64,000 nucleotides of DNA from Candidatus Bathyarchaeota archaeon (GTDB taxonomy: Archaea; Thermoproteota; Bathyarchaeia; Bathyarchaeales; Bathycorpusculaceae). This document shows, piece by piece, positions 10,012 through 19,194 of this stretch; position 1 is the first letter of the stretch, and the number at the start of each line of letters is the position of its first letter. Location: assembly GCA_963775685.1 (NCBI GenBank), contig CAVZJV010000014.1, positions 480,001 to 544,000 on the forward strand. The letters are read 5' to 3'. Position numbers and translations under genes: made by a program. The notes beneath the pieces were generated by a model that did no database searches, was not told the DNA's origin, and was given only the letters and a program-made list of their open reading frames with translations.

Positions 10012-11153
10012 AATGTCTTAAAGCTTTCGATTTCATTTAAATCTTTCAGAAAAGCTGCTACATGTCGCTTCTTAACATGAGGCATAACAACAATTCTTAT
10101 GCAGTTATACCTAGGCACGTAAGAAACATACCAACCATGCTTCCACAGTTTCTCAGCTAACTCTTTCGTGTTCCCGCTACGGAAACCAACAACATTCAAA
10201 GACGGTTCTACGACCAACTTAAAACCAGACTTTTCTACGCCTTGAGCAAGTAACTTCGTGTTTTTCAAGCACTCACTGACGACTTTTTGAAAGCCCTCAA
10301 ATCCTAATGCCTTAAACACCGCCCAACAAGAAGCAGCGGCAGCGCCTGTTCTTGTCCCAACAAAGGTGTACTGGAACTTGTCTGTCAGGTAAGGAGTTTC
10401 AGTTTTAACATAATCCAACATCTGTGCATTTTTGAAGAGGATGCCGCCTGCGGGAATGGCAGCTAAACCCATCTTATGCGGGTCAACAGTAACGGATTTC
10501 ACGCCGTCCAACTTGAAATCAAAGTCGGGTTTGGATTGGACTAAGAATGGAATTACTAAACCGCCGAATGCTGCATCAACATGCAAACAAACATTTTGCT
10601 TCAATGCAATATCCGAGAGTTTATCAATTGGGTCAATTACGCCTAACTCTGCTGTTCCAGCTGTGCCAACTATAGCAACGGTGTTCCTGCTAATGCATTT
10701 TTCAACCGTTGAGACATCAACTCTAAAGGAGCTGTCCAAACCTGCGTAAACAGGTTTAAGATTGAGCATATTGCAGATTTTAATAAAAGAGAAATGAGCT
10801 GACTCTGGAAGAACAACTTCCGGCTGTTTGATTTTTGCCATGTTTCTTGCCGCTAAGAGCGCCATCAAGTTTGCTTCAGTTCCGCCAGAAACCACAAATC
10901 CAACCGCACTTTCACCATGAAGAAGAGAGCTGAGTTGATCAATAACTTCTTTTTCTATCTGTGCACTTCCAGGAAAAAGTCCCAAATCACCCAAATTTGA
11001 ATCAAAAAACATTCGATAAGCCTTTTCTGCCAAAAGATGAGGTTTGGTACACATGGAACACAAAACTCTGCCCTCAGAATATCTTTTGTCCAAGGCACAA
11101 AGCCTTTTTAGTTCCTCCAAAACAGCTTTTCTATCTAACCCCTTAGGTTGCAA
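10008..11153 (-). CDS. mfnA: L-tyrosine/L-aspartate decarboxylase (PLP)
   Basis: SMCTKPH, NLGDxGLFPG, SGGTEAN, HVDAAFGG, DPHK. Confidence 0.95.
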   Translation of the reverse strand: MQPKGLDRKAVLEELKRLCALDKRYSEGRVLCSMCTKPHLLAEKAYRMFFDSNLGDLGLFPGSAQIEKEVIDQLSSLLHGESAVGFVVSGGTEANLMALLAARNMAKIKQPEVVLPESAHFSFIKICNMLNLKPVYAGLDSSFRVDVSTVEKCISRNTVAIVGTAGTAELGVIDPIDKLSDIALKQNVCLHVDAAFGGLVIPFLVQSKPDFDFKLDGVKSVTVDPHKMGLAAIPAGGILFKNAQMLDYVKTETPYLTDKFQYTFVGTRTGAAAASCWAVFKALGFEGFQKVVSECLKNTKLLAQGVEKSGFKLVVEPSLNVVGFRSGNTKELAEKLWKHGWYVSYVPRYNCIRIVVMPHVKKRHVAAFLKDLNEIESFKTF

Positions 11154-11155
11154 AG

Positions 11156-11896
11156 CTAAGCCCTCTTAACGCTCGTCTGTGTTTCCGCTTGCCTAACAAC
11201 CTCAACCAATTCCTGAACCAGTTTTCGGGTAATTTGCCCTGAAACCCTGTTGCTATTTGTACAGGCCGCTCCCCGTAACCCAGCAATATCGGCTCCCAAA
11301 CCATAAACTTCGGGCAAGTCCTGCTTTCTTAATGAACCAGCCAACGCAGCATCTAAACCAAAGTCATGCGTTGAATCCACAAATTCCTTTAATTGCTCTT
11401 CCTTGAGGTAATCAAAGAGGTTTTTGCCATCTTTAACCGATGTATCAAGCATGGCAACATCAACTTGCGCCTTATTTGCAATCTCAGGAATTTGTAATGG
11501 GTTGATTGCGTAAATTCTTTCGGCATCAGCGTATCCAGCTACAGCGACTTTTATTTGAGGGTTGCATTCTTTGGCGGCTTTTCTAACATTTTGGAGTAAA
11601 AAAATGGCTTGATCAAATGTTTTGACTCCGTAAAGCCCTACTTTGATATAGTCAACGCCTAATGATGTTGCTCCAAGTGCAGCTAACGAAACAGAGCCTG
11701 GAAGGTTCCCGATTTCGCCTAATGTGCAACTGACCTTGAGGCTCTTTGGCGTTATCTCTTTTATCCGCCTGATAACCCATGGATAATTTGCACCTAATGC
11801 GCCCTCTTGAGGGTTTTTAACATCGATTATGTCGGCGCCCCCTGCGATAGCTTCCAAAGCTTCTTTTTCGTTCATGGGACTTATGAGCAGCTTCAA
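11156..11896 (-). CDS. mfnB: (5-formylfuran-3-yl)methyl phosphate synthase
   Basis: LLISP, DIIDVKNPQEGALGA, DYIKVG, LAGSL, GLRGAAC. Confidence 0.95.
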   Translation of the reverse strand: MKLLISPMNEKEALEAIAGGADIIDVKNPQEGALGANYPWVIRRIKEITPKSLKVSCTLGEIGNLPGSVSLAALGATSLGVDYIKVGLYGVKTFDQAIFLLQNVRKAAKECNPQIKVAVAGYADAERIYAINPLQIPEIANKAQVDVAMLDTSVKDGKNLFDYLKEEQLKEFVDSTHDFGLDAALAGSLRKQDLPEVYGLGADIAGLRGAACTNSNRVSGQITRKLVQELVEVVRQAETQTSVKRA

Positions 11897-11987
11897 GTTG
11901 AGTCATATTGATGCGGCTATTTGATGCCTTTAAAGTTTTCCCGTGACCGTTTGTTTTCTTATTAGTAGATGTTGAGTAGCGCTTCTC

Positions 11988-12785
11988 TTGACAGATGAAT
12001 GTTGGGTTAGGTTTTTCTGTTGGATTAACTCAATCATTAGATGGGTTAAAGGTTTGAAGATAATTCCTGTAATCGACATCTTAAACGGAAAGGTGGTTCA
12101 CGCTGTTAAGGGTCAGAGGAACAATTACCAACCCTTAGAAAGTATCATGTTCAAATCAACAGATCCTTTGGAGGTTGCCAAGGGTTTCAAAGCTCTCGGC
12201 TTTACTGACCTCTACGTGGCTGATTTAGATGCCATAATCGATTGCTCAACCGACTTCGAGGTTTTCAAACAAATTGCTAAAAAAACAGGGCTGCAGGTAA
12301 TAGTTGATGCGGGAGTAACCAGCATCGAACGCGCTCGAAGATTGCTACAAAGCGGCGTTTCAAAACTAATTATCGGGACTGAAACGCTCCATAGCAAAAA
12401 ATTTGTCGAACAAGCCGTGGAAATTTTCGGAAGCGACCGCGTTGTTGTCAGTTTGGATTTGAAGGGAGATAAAATTCTTGTCAAATTAGGGTTTGACGGC
12501 TGCCTAAGTCCCATTTGCCTGCTACAAGACTTCAAGCGCATGGGTGTTTTGCAGGTTATTGTTTTAGATTTAGCGAGAGTTGGTAGCGACGAAGGCATAA
12601 ACATGGATTTTCTTAAAAAAGTCATTGCAGAGGTCGGAGGTGATGTTTATGTGGGCGGAGGAGTACGAAACATTGATGATTTAATAGCGCTTAGAAAACA
12701 GGGTGCCAAAGGTGCTTTATTAGCCACTTCTTTACATTCAGGAAAAATTGGAATTGAAGCATTAAAGCGGGAAGGTTTGCTTTAG
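11988..12785 (+). CDS. HisA/HisF-related TIM-barrel protein (methanofuran/H4MPT-linked orf17 type); likely start near 12054
   Basis: IIPVIDILNGKVVHAVKGQRNNYQP, LYVADLDAI, LDLARVG, GGGVR. Confidence 0.85.
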   Translation: MTDECWVRFFCWINSIIRWVKGLKIIPVIDILNGKVVHAVKGQRNNYQPLESIMFKSTDPLEVAKGFKALGFTDLYVADLDAIIDCSTDFEVFKQIAKKTGLQVIVDAGVTSIERARRLLQSGVSKLIIGTETLHSKKFVEQAVEIFGSDRVVVSLDLKGDKILVKLGFDGCLSPICLLQDFKRMGVLQVIVLDLARVGSDEGINMDFLKKVIAEVGGDVYVGGGVRNIDDLIALRKQGAKGALLATSLHSGKIGIEALKREGLL

Positions 12786-12961
12786 CTGGTTTCCTTTTGC
12801 AGAATAAAAGAAAGACGATTATAACCGTAACTGAAGCAACCATTGCACCAATGGATGTTGCTCCAACTACCAAATTATTTGTTTGAATCAAGATGAACTC
12901 TTTTCTCAAACTGACTGAAAAAACCCATTATTCATAGGTGAGTTAATTATAAGAAAAAGGT

Positions 12962-13690
12962 TTATGAAGGCTCTCGCTTTCCGAGAGCTACAAGTCCTCC
13001 AAGTTGAGTAAGACGGTTACCCGCGTTCGATTCAGCATCGATCACCCGCGTTTTAACCCCATTCCTGGCAGCAATCTGCATCAACCGGTTAACGCGGTTC
13101 TTCTGGCGACTTTCTGCAAGATAATCATTTGTTAACATAAGATATTCTGGATGTGGTTTTCCAAGAGCTTGTGGATAAAGGATGAGATTTTCCGCTTCTT
13201 GCAAGGAAAAATACACCAAATTGTCAGTTTTGCTTAGGCGTCTTTCGAGAATTTCAAGCAGATTCTCAGTTTCCTCATTTGCGTTTTCCTGAATTAATTG
13301 TTTGAAAGTTGTGGTTTTTGTTAAAGTTGCCACTTGTGGGAGTGAGCTTGCGGAACCAGTGATCAATGAGATGGATGCTTTGTTTGTTCCCTGCAAAAGC
13401 CATGAATGATGACCTTTGATGTGGCTTTGAAAGTCTTGGGCATAACTGCTTCGGGGCGGCGAGGCAATTATGATGCTTCTAACACCTTCCTTAAGTACGG
13501 GTCTTAGGGCATTTATGATGGTTTCATGGAAGCAGTAGAGAGCTTTAGAGTCTTTTCGGTTGCCGTTTAAGGGTACGGTTTGTTGAGGTTTGGCGACTTG
13601 ACTAAATAAATGCCAAAGAGCCGCATGGTCTTGTTCTATTCCAATTAGGACAGCAACAGGGTATCCGCGTTTATAGTTTTTCGGCTTCAT
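12962..13690 (-). CDS. Pelota/eRF1-like middle plus C-terminal domain protein
   Basis: IIIASP middle-domain motif; C-terminal VIDAESNAGNRLTQLGGLVAL resembling the eRF1_3 end. Confidence 0.6.
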   Translation of the reverse strand: MKPKNYKRGYPVAVLIGIEQDHAALWHLFSQVAKPQQTVPLNGNRKDSKALYCFHETIINALRPVLKEGVRSIIIASPPRSSYAQDFQSHIKGHHSWLLQGTNKASISLITGSASSLPQVATLTKTTTFKQLIQENANEETENLLEILERRLSKTDNLVYFSLQEAENLILYPQALGKPHPEYLMLTNDYLAESRQKNRVNRLMQIAARNGVKTRVIDAESNAGNRLTQLGGLVALGKREPS

Positions 13691-13807
13691 TTCTGTTCCG
13701 CATAATCATCTGCAGTTTTGCTTATTTTATGTATTGCTCAAATTTTCTATGTTAATTAGCAAGCGGTGAAAACATATGTTTATCAAATCCTAAAACAGCA
13801 TCTTTAA

Positions 13808-14146
13808 TTGACCCCAATGATCAAAATTTACAGTCAAAAAGACCTTGACGTAGAACTTAAAAACAAGAAAGTTCTAGCTTTATTCTATTCTTCCTGGTGC
13901 CCTTATTGCATTAGATTTGTCCCAACATTCGACAAAGACGCAACTAAATTAGGCGTCAAAAACATAATCCATGTTCTCTTGGAAGACTACGACAACCCAA
14001 TGTGGGATGAGTACGACATACCTGCTGTACCAACTATAATTCTGTTCGAAGACGGAAAGGTTTGTCAAAGACTTGATGCAAGGCTCGGTAGCGGATTGAG
14101 TAAAGAGCGATTTGCAGCATGGATGGAAGAGTTCAAAAGCCCCTAA
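13808..14146 (+). CDS. Thioredoxin family protein
   Basis: WCPYC, cis-Pro VPT. Confidence 0.9.
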   Translation: MTPMIKIYSQKDLDVELKNKKVLALFYSSWCPYCIRFVPTFDKDATKLGVKNIIHVLLEDYDNPMWDEYDIPAVPTIILFEDGKVCQRLDARLGSGLSKERFAAWMEEFKSP

Positions 14147-14208
14147 TATAGGTTTAAAATACAAAATTGTTTTCTAACAAAAAAGAAAAAGGAAAAGATT
14201 AGGATTTT

Positions 14209-14721
14209 TTAGCTTGGTGGAGGCGGAGGTGGCGGTGGAGGAGCACCTACTGACGCGAAGGCTTGTTTGGTTTGAACAACAGTCGTTCCAGCATAGCGAT
14301 CAGTGAATTTTTGGCGTTTGTCATTTCCAGCTGTGACTACAGCAATAAGCCAGTCTAAGAATAAGAAAAGCCCGTAGATTTTTGAGATGTTGCGAATGAA
14401 TGATTTGTCAAATGGTACTTTGCCCCCATTTACTGTCTCTACCTGCAAGCCCATTATTCTTTTGCCTATAGTTCCTCCCCAAGAAACATCCAGAACCATG
14501 AAATAGATTAGCTGGAGTATGCCTAAAAGGAACGGAAGTATTAACCAACCTCCAAAGGCTAAAACGAACGGGTTAGAGAGCACTATTGACCATATTACGA
14601 AGAAGTATATGATTGCTGCGGGAATTCCAATGATTATGCTGTCGATTATATATGCAATTAAGCGATATATCCAATGAGTTAAATCAAATTGTCCACTATT
14701 GCTTGCCATTTTTTCTATCAA
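14209..14721 (-). CDS. RDD family membrane protein with a poly-Pro tail
   Basis: RLIAYIID, GTIGKRIMGL, D...GTTVV. Confidence 0.9.
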   Translation of the reverse strand: MIEKMASNSGQFDLTHWIYRLIAYIIDSIIIGIPAAIIYFFVIWSIVLSNPFVLAFGGWLILPFLLGILQLIYFMVLDVSWGGTIGKRIMGLQVETVNGGKVPFDKSFIRNISKIYGLFLFLDWLIAVVTAGNDKRQKFTDRYAGTTVVQTKQAFASVGAPPPPPPPPPS

Positions 14722-14812
14722 AACTCCTAATAATTCTTCTCGAGCAGTTGTTATTAATACTTTCTATTTATTGATAACTCGCTAGAATGAACCGAGGAAG
14801 AAGAAGTCTAAG

Positions 14813-15463
14813 TTAGGGTTTAACGCCTACCAGAAGCGCTAATTCTAGCCATTTCCAGTCACAATCAACATCTACAAACCCAATTTTTCGTAGCCACTGC
14901 AATTGTGTTTCGACATCCAAGAGTTTGTTTGAAGGATCCTCGGTTTGAGGCGTGAAGCCTGTTACAACAAGAAATTTTAGGTGTAGATTCTCGGTCGCTG
15001 AGGAAACGTGCTCGAGGTTGCAGAATACTCCGCGGGGGTTAAGCAAGCTGAATACTTCGGTGTAGAGTTGTTTTTTTCTGGGATGCGCTAAATGATGAAT
15101 AGCTAAGCTTGATACAACGGCATCAAAGCGGCCCAGTTTCTCAACTGGGAGGGGTTGGCTAAAATCATGTTTAATAATCGTGACTTTTTTGTCGTTTGAG
15201 AAGCGTTTTTTCGCTTGCTGTATCATGGGATCTGAAAAATCCAAAGCAAAACCCTCCACTGACGGATTATTAAGCTTTATTAAGGCAAGTAATCTGCCAT
15301 CACCCGTTCCTAAATCCAGCACCCGCCTTGCATTTGGCGGAATTTGTTCCAGAAGCACCTTTTCCCCTTCTGTTCGATGTGGTAACCTATCTGCTCTCGC
15401 TAAATACGATAATGCATGTTCGATTGTTTGCCATTCACTAATAGTTGACTCAAGGTTTTTCAA
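14813..15463 (-). CDS. Class I SAM-dependent methyltransferase
   Basis: VLDLGTGDG, FDAVVSSLAIHH. Confidence 0.92.
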   Translation of the reverse strand: MKNLESTISEWQTIEHALSYLARADRLPHRTEGEKVLLEQIPPNARRVLDLGTGDGRLLALIKLNNPSVEGFALDFSDPMIQQAKKRFSNDKKVTIIKHDFSQPLPVEKLGRFDAVVSSLAIHHLAHPRKKQLYTEVFSLLNPRGVFCNLEHVSSATENLHLKFLVVTGFTPQTEDPSNKLLDVETQLQWLRKIGFVDVDCDWKWLELALLVGVKP

Positions 15464-15607
15464 TTTCGTAAACCTCTTGCTTGACTCGGTTGCTTTTAAT
15501 TTTAGGGCTTATAGATATTTCGACCGAATTTTCTTAATTTAGGAGAAATAAGCCTTATATCCCATCAAACCGTTTTATGGAAAGATAATAGAGGGATTCT
15601 TTAATTT

Positions 15608-15955
15608 ATGGAATTTTGTCCCAAATGCGGTTCACGTCTTGAACCAAAAAAAACAGGCGTCGGCAACTCATTTGTACTGTGCTGTGGAAAATGCAACTTT
15701 ACAAAGGAACCTGCAGATAGAAAAGCTGAGGCCCGAACTGGCGCGGTCATTCAACCGAAAGCTAAACCATTCTTGACCGTTATTTCTGAAGAAGACCAGA
15801 AAATAAGCACGATGCAAACAATCAAAATGAAATGTGAAAAATGCGAAAACAACGAAGTTTTTGTATGGCAGGTGCAGACTCGAGGCGGCGACGAAGCGTC
15901 CACACAGTTTATGCGTTGCACAAAATGCGGTCACACCTTTAGAGAATACACGTAA
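15608..15955 (+). CDS. tfs: Transcription factor S
   Basis: Two zinc ribbons; QTRGGDE acidic hairpin. Confidence 0.95.
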   Translation: MEFCPKCGSRLEPKKTGVGNSFVLCCGKCNFTKEPADRKAEARTGAVIQPKAKPFLTVISEEDQKISTMQTIKMKCEKCENNEVFVWQVQTRGGDEASTQFMRCTKCGHTFREYT

Positions 15956-16035
15956 AAACCGTTTGTTTATGTGCATCTTTAGAAAGCTATTAAAGGCGAG
16001 TCCGTTATAGAGTTCAATCCGGAGAACAATCCGAA

Positions 16036-16128
16036 ATGCCGAAAAAAGAAAAACCGTTAACTAAGAAAGAACGCGACGAAAAAAGAAAAGCAAAAAAGGA
16101 AAAGAAGAGCAAAACCCAGACTAGCTAA
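16036..16128 (+). CDS. 30-aa lysine-rich microprotein
   Basis: MPKKEKPLTKKERDEKRKAKKEKKSKTQTS; ggag upstream and T-rich tract downstream. Confidence 0.5.
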   Translation: MPKKEKPLTKKERDEKRKAKKEKKSKTQTS

Positions 16129-16288
16129 GCTAATCTGAAATTTGCTTATGTTCCTTTTCTAATTTTTATTTTTTATTTTCTCCATCTTTAATTTTAACAG
16201 TCTGTTTCTGGCTCTTCATTTGGCAGAGCCTAAAATATGGCGCTCAAGAGTTTTCTGTCAATACTTTTATTTCAGGTGCGTACTGCTT

Positions 16289-16378
16289 GTGTATGCCTAT
16301 GATGAATAACACGTCAGTCGGAGGAAGGATTGGTAGTCCTATCGATGATGTCAGTTATACGAATTCTGAGGCGTACAC
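16289..16378 (+). ncRNA. Box C/D guide sRNA 1
   Basis: C box ATGATGA 16299-16305, D' CGGA 16319-16322, internal hairpin, C' near 16345, D CTGA 16366-16369, 9-bp terminal stem gtgtatgcc/ggcgtacac, T-tract after. Confidence 0.85.
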
Positions 16379-16428
16379 GTTTCTTTTTTAAGCTTAAACT
16401 CCTTTTAAGTTAACTTGAAATCTCATGA

Positions 16429-16519
16429 CGCCTATGATGACAATTGCACGTAAGGAACGGGAAGCATTAATTCTGCTTCTTAAGCAAATGACTTATTAAA
16501 AAAAATTGGTTCTGAGGCG
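16429..16519 (+). ncRNA. Box C/D guide sRNA 2
   Basis: C box ATGATGA 16434-16440, D' AGGA, hairpin gaagca/tgcttc, D CTGA 16512-16515, terminal stem cgcc/ggcg, TATA-like ttttaagt about 25 nt upstream. Confidence 0.8.
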
Positions 16520-16535
16520 CTAAACCCAATCTTAA

Positions 16536-16892
16536 TTGGTAACGTTAATTACAATCGCTCAAGGATATAGCTATCCGATAATCATGCCTAAGACATCTGC
16601 CTTCTGGTTCATTCGAGACGGCGAAAAACTAATTCAATGCAGCAAGGAAGCTATCGACAAAGCCATCATGGACGGAAAAAGCGTAAAGTACAGAGGTTAC
16701 GCTAACAAAAAGTGTGAACGAATTGCGGATAAGTTGGAAGAATCCCGAATGGCTTTCCTTGCTGATCCTAATCTTTCGTCAAAATTCCGAGCTGCACTTA
16801 CTAACCCCCTAAATGTTTGTGAGGTTCAGGTTATCTGGGTGGATGACCCTGAATTTTGGATAAAAGAATCTAAGCGACCAAAATACCGATAG
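16536..16892 (+). CDS. Hypothetical protein (likely ATG at 16584)
   Basis: Open frame with ordinary soluble composition; no motif recognised. Confidence 0.6.
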   Translation: MVTLITIAQGYSYPIIMPKTSAFWFIRDGEKLIQCSKEAIDKAIMDGKSVKYRGYANKKCERIADKLEESRMAFLADPNLSSKFRAALTNPLNVCEVQVIWVDDPEFWIKESKRPKYR

Positions 16893-17322
16893 CGACATTA
16901 GCTGTTTGGTGTCTTGAGATTGAAAACAACAACTCAAATTAAAATTGTGAGCCAGCTTGAGAACCACGTTACAAGTTTTTTTCAATGAGAATATTTTTCA
17001 ACAATCAATTCCTATCTTAGAATACATCCTGGTCCTCTCAATTTCGAAATCAATTCGTATAGTGGAAGAGGTTGAATTTGGGTGAAAATCCATCCGACTG
17101 ATACCCTGGGCGATTTTAATTCTTTAAAAACTTATTTTATATTTTGGTTTTTATTAAAAAGGCTTATATGGAGTATGCCGATATTATTTGTAGCGATTTT
17201 CTTTTTGATTAATTTAATGGAGAAAAAATTTTTGATCGTTCAAACTCTTGTGGATAAGAAATGTAGTAATATTAAGTGTGTTAATCTTTGGTCTTTTCTT
17301 CAATATGTAGAAATTACTTGGA

Positions 17323-19182
17323 TTGGAGGTGAATCATTTGGCGTTAACTATCAATTCTGATTTTTATGTGGCTATTCAGGATGCAGGAATAAACCGTGTG
17401 GTAAAGCATGTAATGCAGCAGCGCCCTTCGATATTTAATTATGGCACCTTAGCTGTGTTTCGCAATCCCGAATTGCTTTGCGAAAAAATCGATGTTGCAA
17501 ATGAGGTTTTGCAAGCTGGGAATCCATTAATCACAGTTCTCGACCCATTGCCCGTTATCGGAACAAATCTGGGCTTAAATTATTGTGTTCAGCTAACTAA
17601 AGGAGAAATTGATTTTCACCCAGGCGATATCATAAGTCTGCCGCCAGAACTAAATCCTCTAGCGAATCAACGTCTAAGTATTCACTTTCAGGTATGTGCA
17701 GGGATGGGTTGCCCCACGGGCAGAATACCTCTTCCTGGTAAGTTTACAACCTCCGTGCTAACTGCTGCCCGGTTGTCCGCATCAAGAGTTTCTCCATCAA
17801 GCAATATTCCATTACCTGGAAAAGGCGAAGTTGGTCTACCAAACAATGAAGTTGTTGTTGTACCTACCTCAAAGCTTGAGTGCTTCTGCCTTGACCTTTT
17901 CGCCACAGCCGAAGCTAAAATAACAGGCGCAGCAGGGAACCAAACAATTTTGCCCACAATAGATGGCATAGAAATTGTTGACCTAAAACCTGAAGGCTTG
18001 GAAAATAGCATAGAATGCTATGCACTGCTGGCATTAAATAAAGGAATAATTCCGCCTTTGGCTACTTCAATGTCAACATTAGCTTTTGGCATAATTAACT
18101 TGCCTGAAAACATGGGTAACCTTCAAGTTTCTGGATCAACAACTGTCCCAAACAACCCTGCGATTGAGCAAAACCAGCTAAAAGCATTCATCAACCTTGA
18201 TCAGATTAACCTCAACATAGAAATCGAACCCATCGACTGCACGCTACCTACTGGAGGTGGAGGACCAACAATCACGCGGACCACTCGTGCCAGAGCTCGG
18301 ACAGGAACCTTTGATTTGACGGCTGCTATTTCTCAGACGGCATTCGAAAAGATTTACGCTGCAGTAACAAAAGGTTTTAAACTTCACTGCGCAGACGGCG
18401 GAAGTTTTGGTCCTTTTTCAGCAAACTATGATGTCGCAGCTCATCTAGAAGGAGGCTCAGTTGATTTGAGAAGTAATGGTACAATTAAAGTGTCAGAGTT
18501 AGATGTGAAATGGGATACGCTTAGCCTAAACCTATGCATAGATATCCCTGAAGTTTGCACACCTGGCGGCTGTATAATCCCGATTCCTTTCGACGGCTGC
18601 CTATTGGATGTGCCTTCTTACTGCTTCTTCAGCGACAATCCAGACTTTTGCATACCTCTAAACTTAAGCGGTTTTTTGACATCAGAGATAACCTTCACAG
18701 CAGGAATCCAAGTTTTCTACGGAACAAGTCCAGGCTTACCAAACCGTTGGCAAATCGTAATTGTGCCTACATTGCCCTTTGATCTTGATATTATTGATAT
18801 TGCCGACACGGTAGGTGACTTAGTAGAGAATGCGGTTAATGCTGCAATCGACGGGTTACTTGGAGGGTTTCCAGACTGGGCCAAAGATGTCTTCAAATTT
18901 CTTTTCGGACCAATCGACGACTTTATCCGTTTTGCACTTGACATACCCGACGATATAGGTGAGTGGCTTCTTGACGCGCTGACAGATTTGGGTGTCTTCA
19001 ACGTTCTTTTAGATTCGCTCAATGGTTTTCTAACGACATTGGTGCCTCCGCTTGAAATAGAAGATCCGCTTCCGATACTTCCCGCTGATGCTGGATTAAT
19101 TCCGGTGAAGTTGCCAATTGAGTTTATTGGCGTTCGAATTACAGGTGATGAAATTGTTATTGAAGGGGATATAGGAAATTAG
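17323..19182 (+). CDS. Uncharacterised 619-aa Cys-rich acidic protein with two related beta-rich halves (possibly TULIP/BPI-like)
   Basis: Long ORF; SDFYVAIQDAGINRVV and TFDLTAAISQTAFEKIY open the two halves. Confidence 0.8.
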   Translation: MEVNHLALTINSDFYVAIQDAGINRVVKHVMQQRPSIFNYGTLAVFRNPELLCEKIDVANEVLQAGNPLITVLDPLPVIGTNLGLNYCVQLTKGEIDFHPGDIISLPPELNPLANQRLSIHFQVCAGMGCPTGRIPLPGKFTTSVLTAARLSASRVSPSSNIPLPGKGEVGLPNNEVVVVPTSKLECFCLDLFATAEAKITGAAGNQTILPTIDGIEIVDLKPEGLENSIECYALLALNKGIIPPLATSMSTLAFGIINLPENMGNLQVSGSTTVPNNPAIEQNQLKAFINLDQINLNIEIEPIDCTLPTGGGGPTITRTTRARARTGTFDLTAAISQTAFEKIYAAVTKGFKLHCADGGSFGPFSANYDVAAHLEGGSVDLRSNGTIKVSELDVKWDTLSLNLCIDIPEVCTPGGCIIPIPFDGCLLDVPSYCFFSDNPDFCIPLNLSGFLTSEITFTAGIQVFYGTSPGLPNRWQIVIVPTLPFDLDIIDIADTVGDLVENAVNAAIDGLLGGFPDWAKDVFKFLFGPIDDFIRFALDIPDDIGEWLLDALTDLGVFNVLLDSLNGFLTTLVPPLEIEDPLPILPADAGLIPVKLPIEFIGVRITGDEIVIEGDIGN

Positions 19183-19194
19183 AGGTGAACATGA

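Noticed and set aside
12691-12909. 72-aa TM-containing ORF
   Set aside because: Overlaps the HisA-like gene end antisense; at best a relic membrane anchor
16289-16892. TIGR-Tas-like guide array (tandem C/D-box units plus a downstream ORF)
   Set aside because: There are only two units, each with its own promoter or terminator signals. The guides fit an rRNA-like target, and the adjacent 118-aa ORF shows no Nop domain or nuclease motif. The only Nop protein is the housekeeping Nop5.
17052-17061. 10-nt local match (aattcgtata) to the sRNA-1 D guide
   Set aside because: Short, AT-rich and better explained by chance, given the more coherent rRNA-like target
17082-17360. 92-aa ORF upstream of the 619-aa gene
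   Set aside because: AT-rich promoter-like DNA with biased F/L/I/K composition; overlaps the real gene
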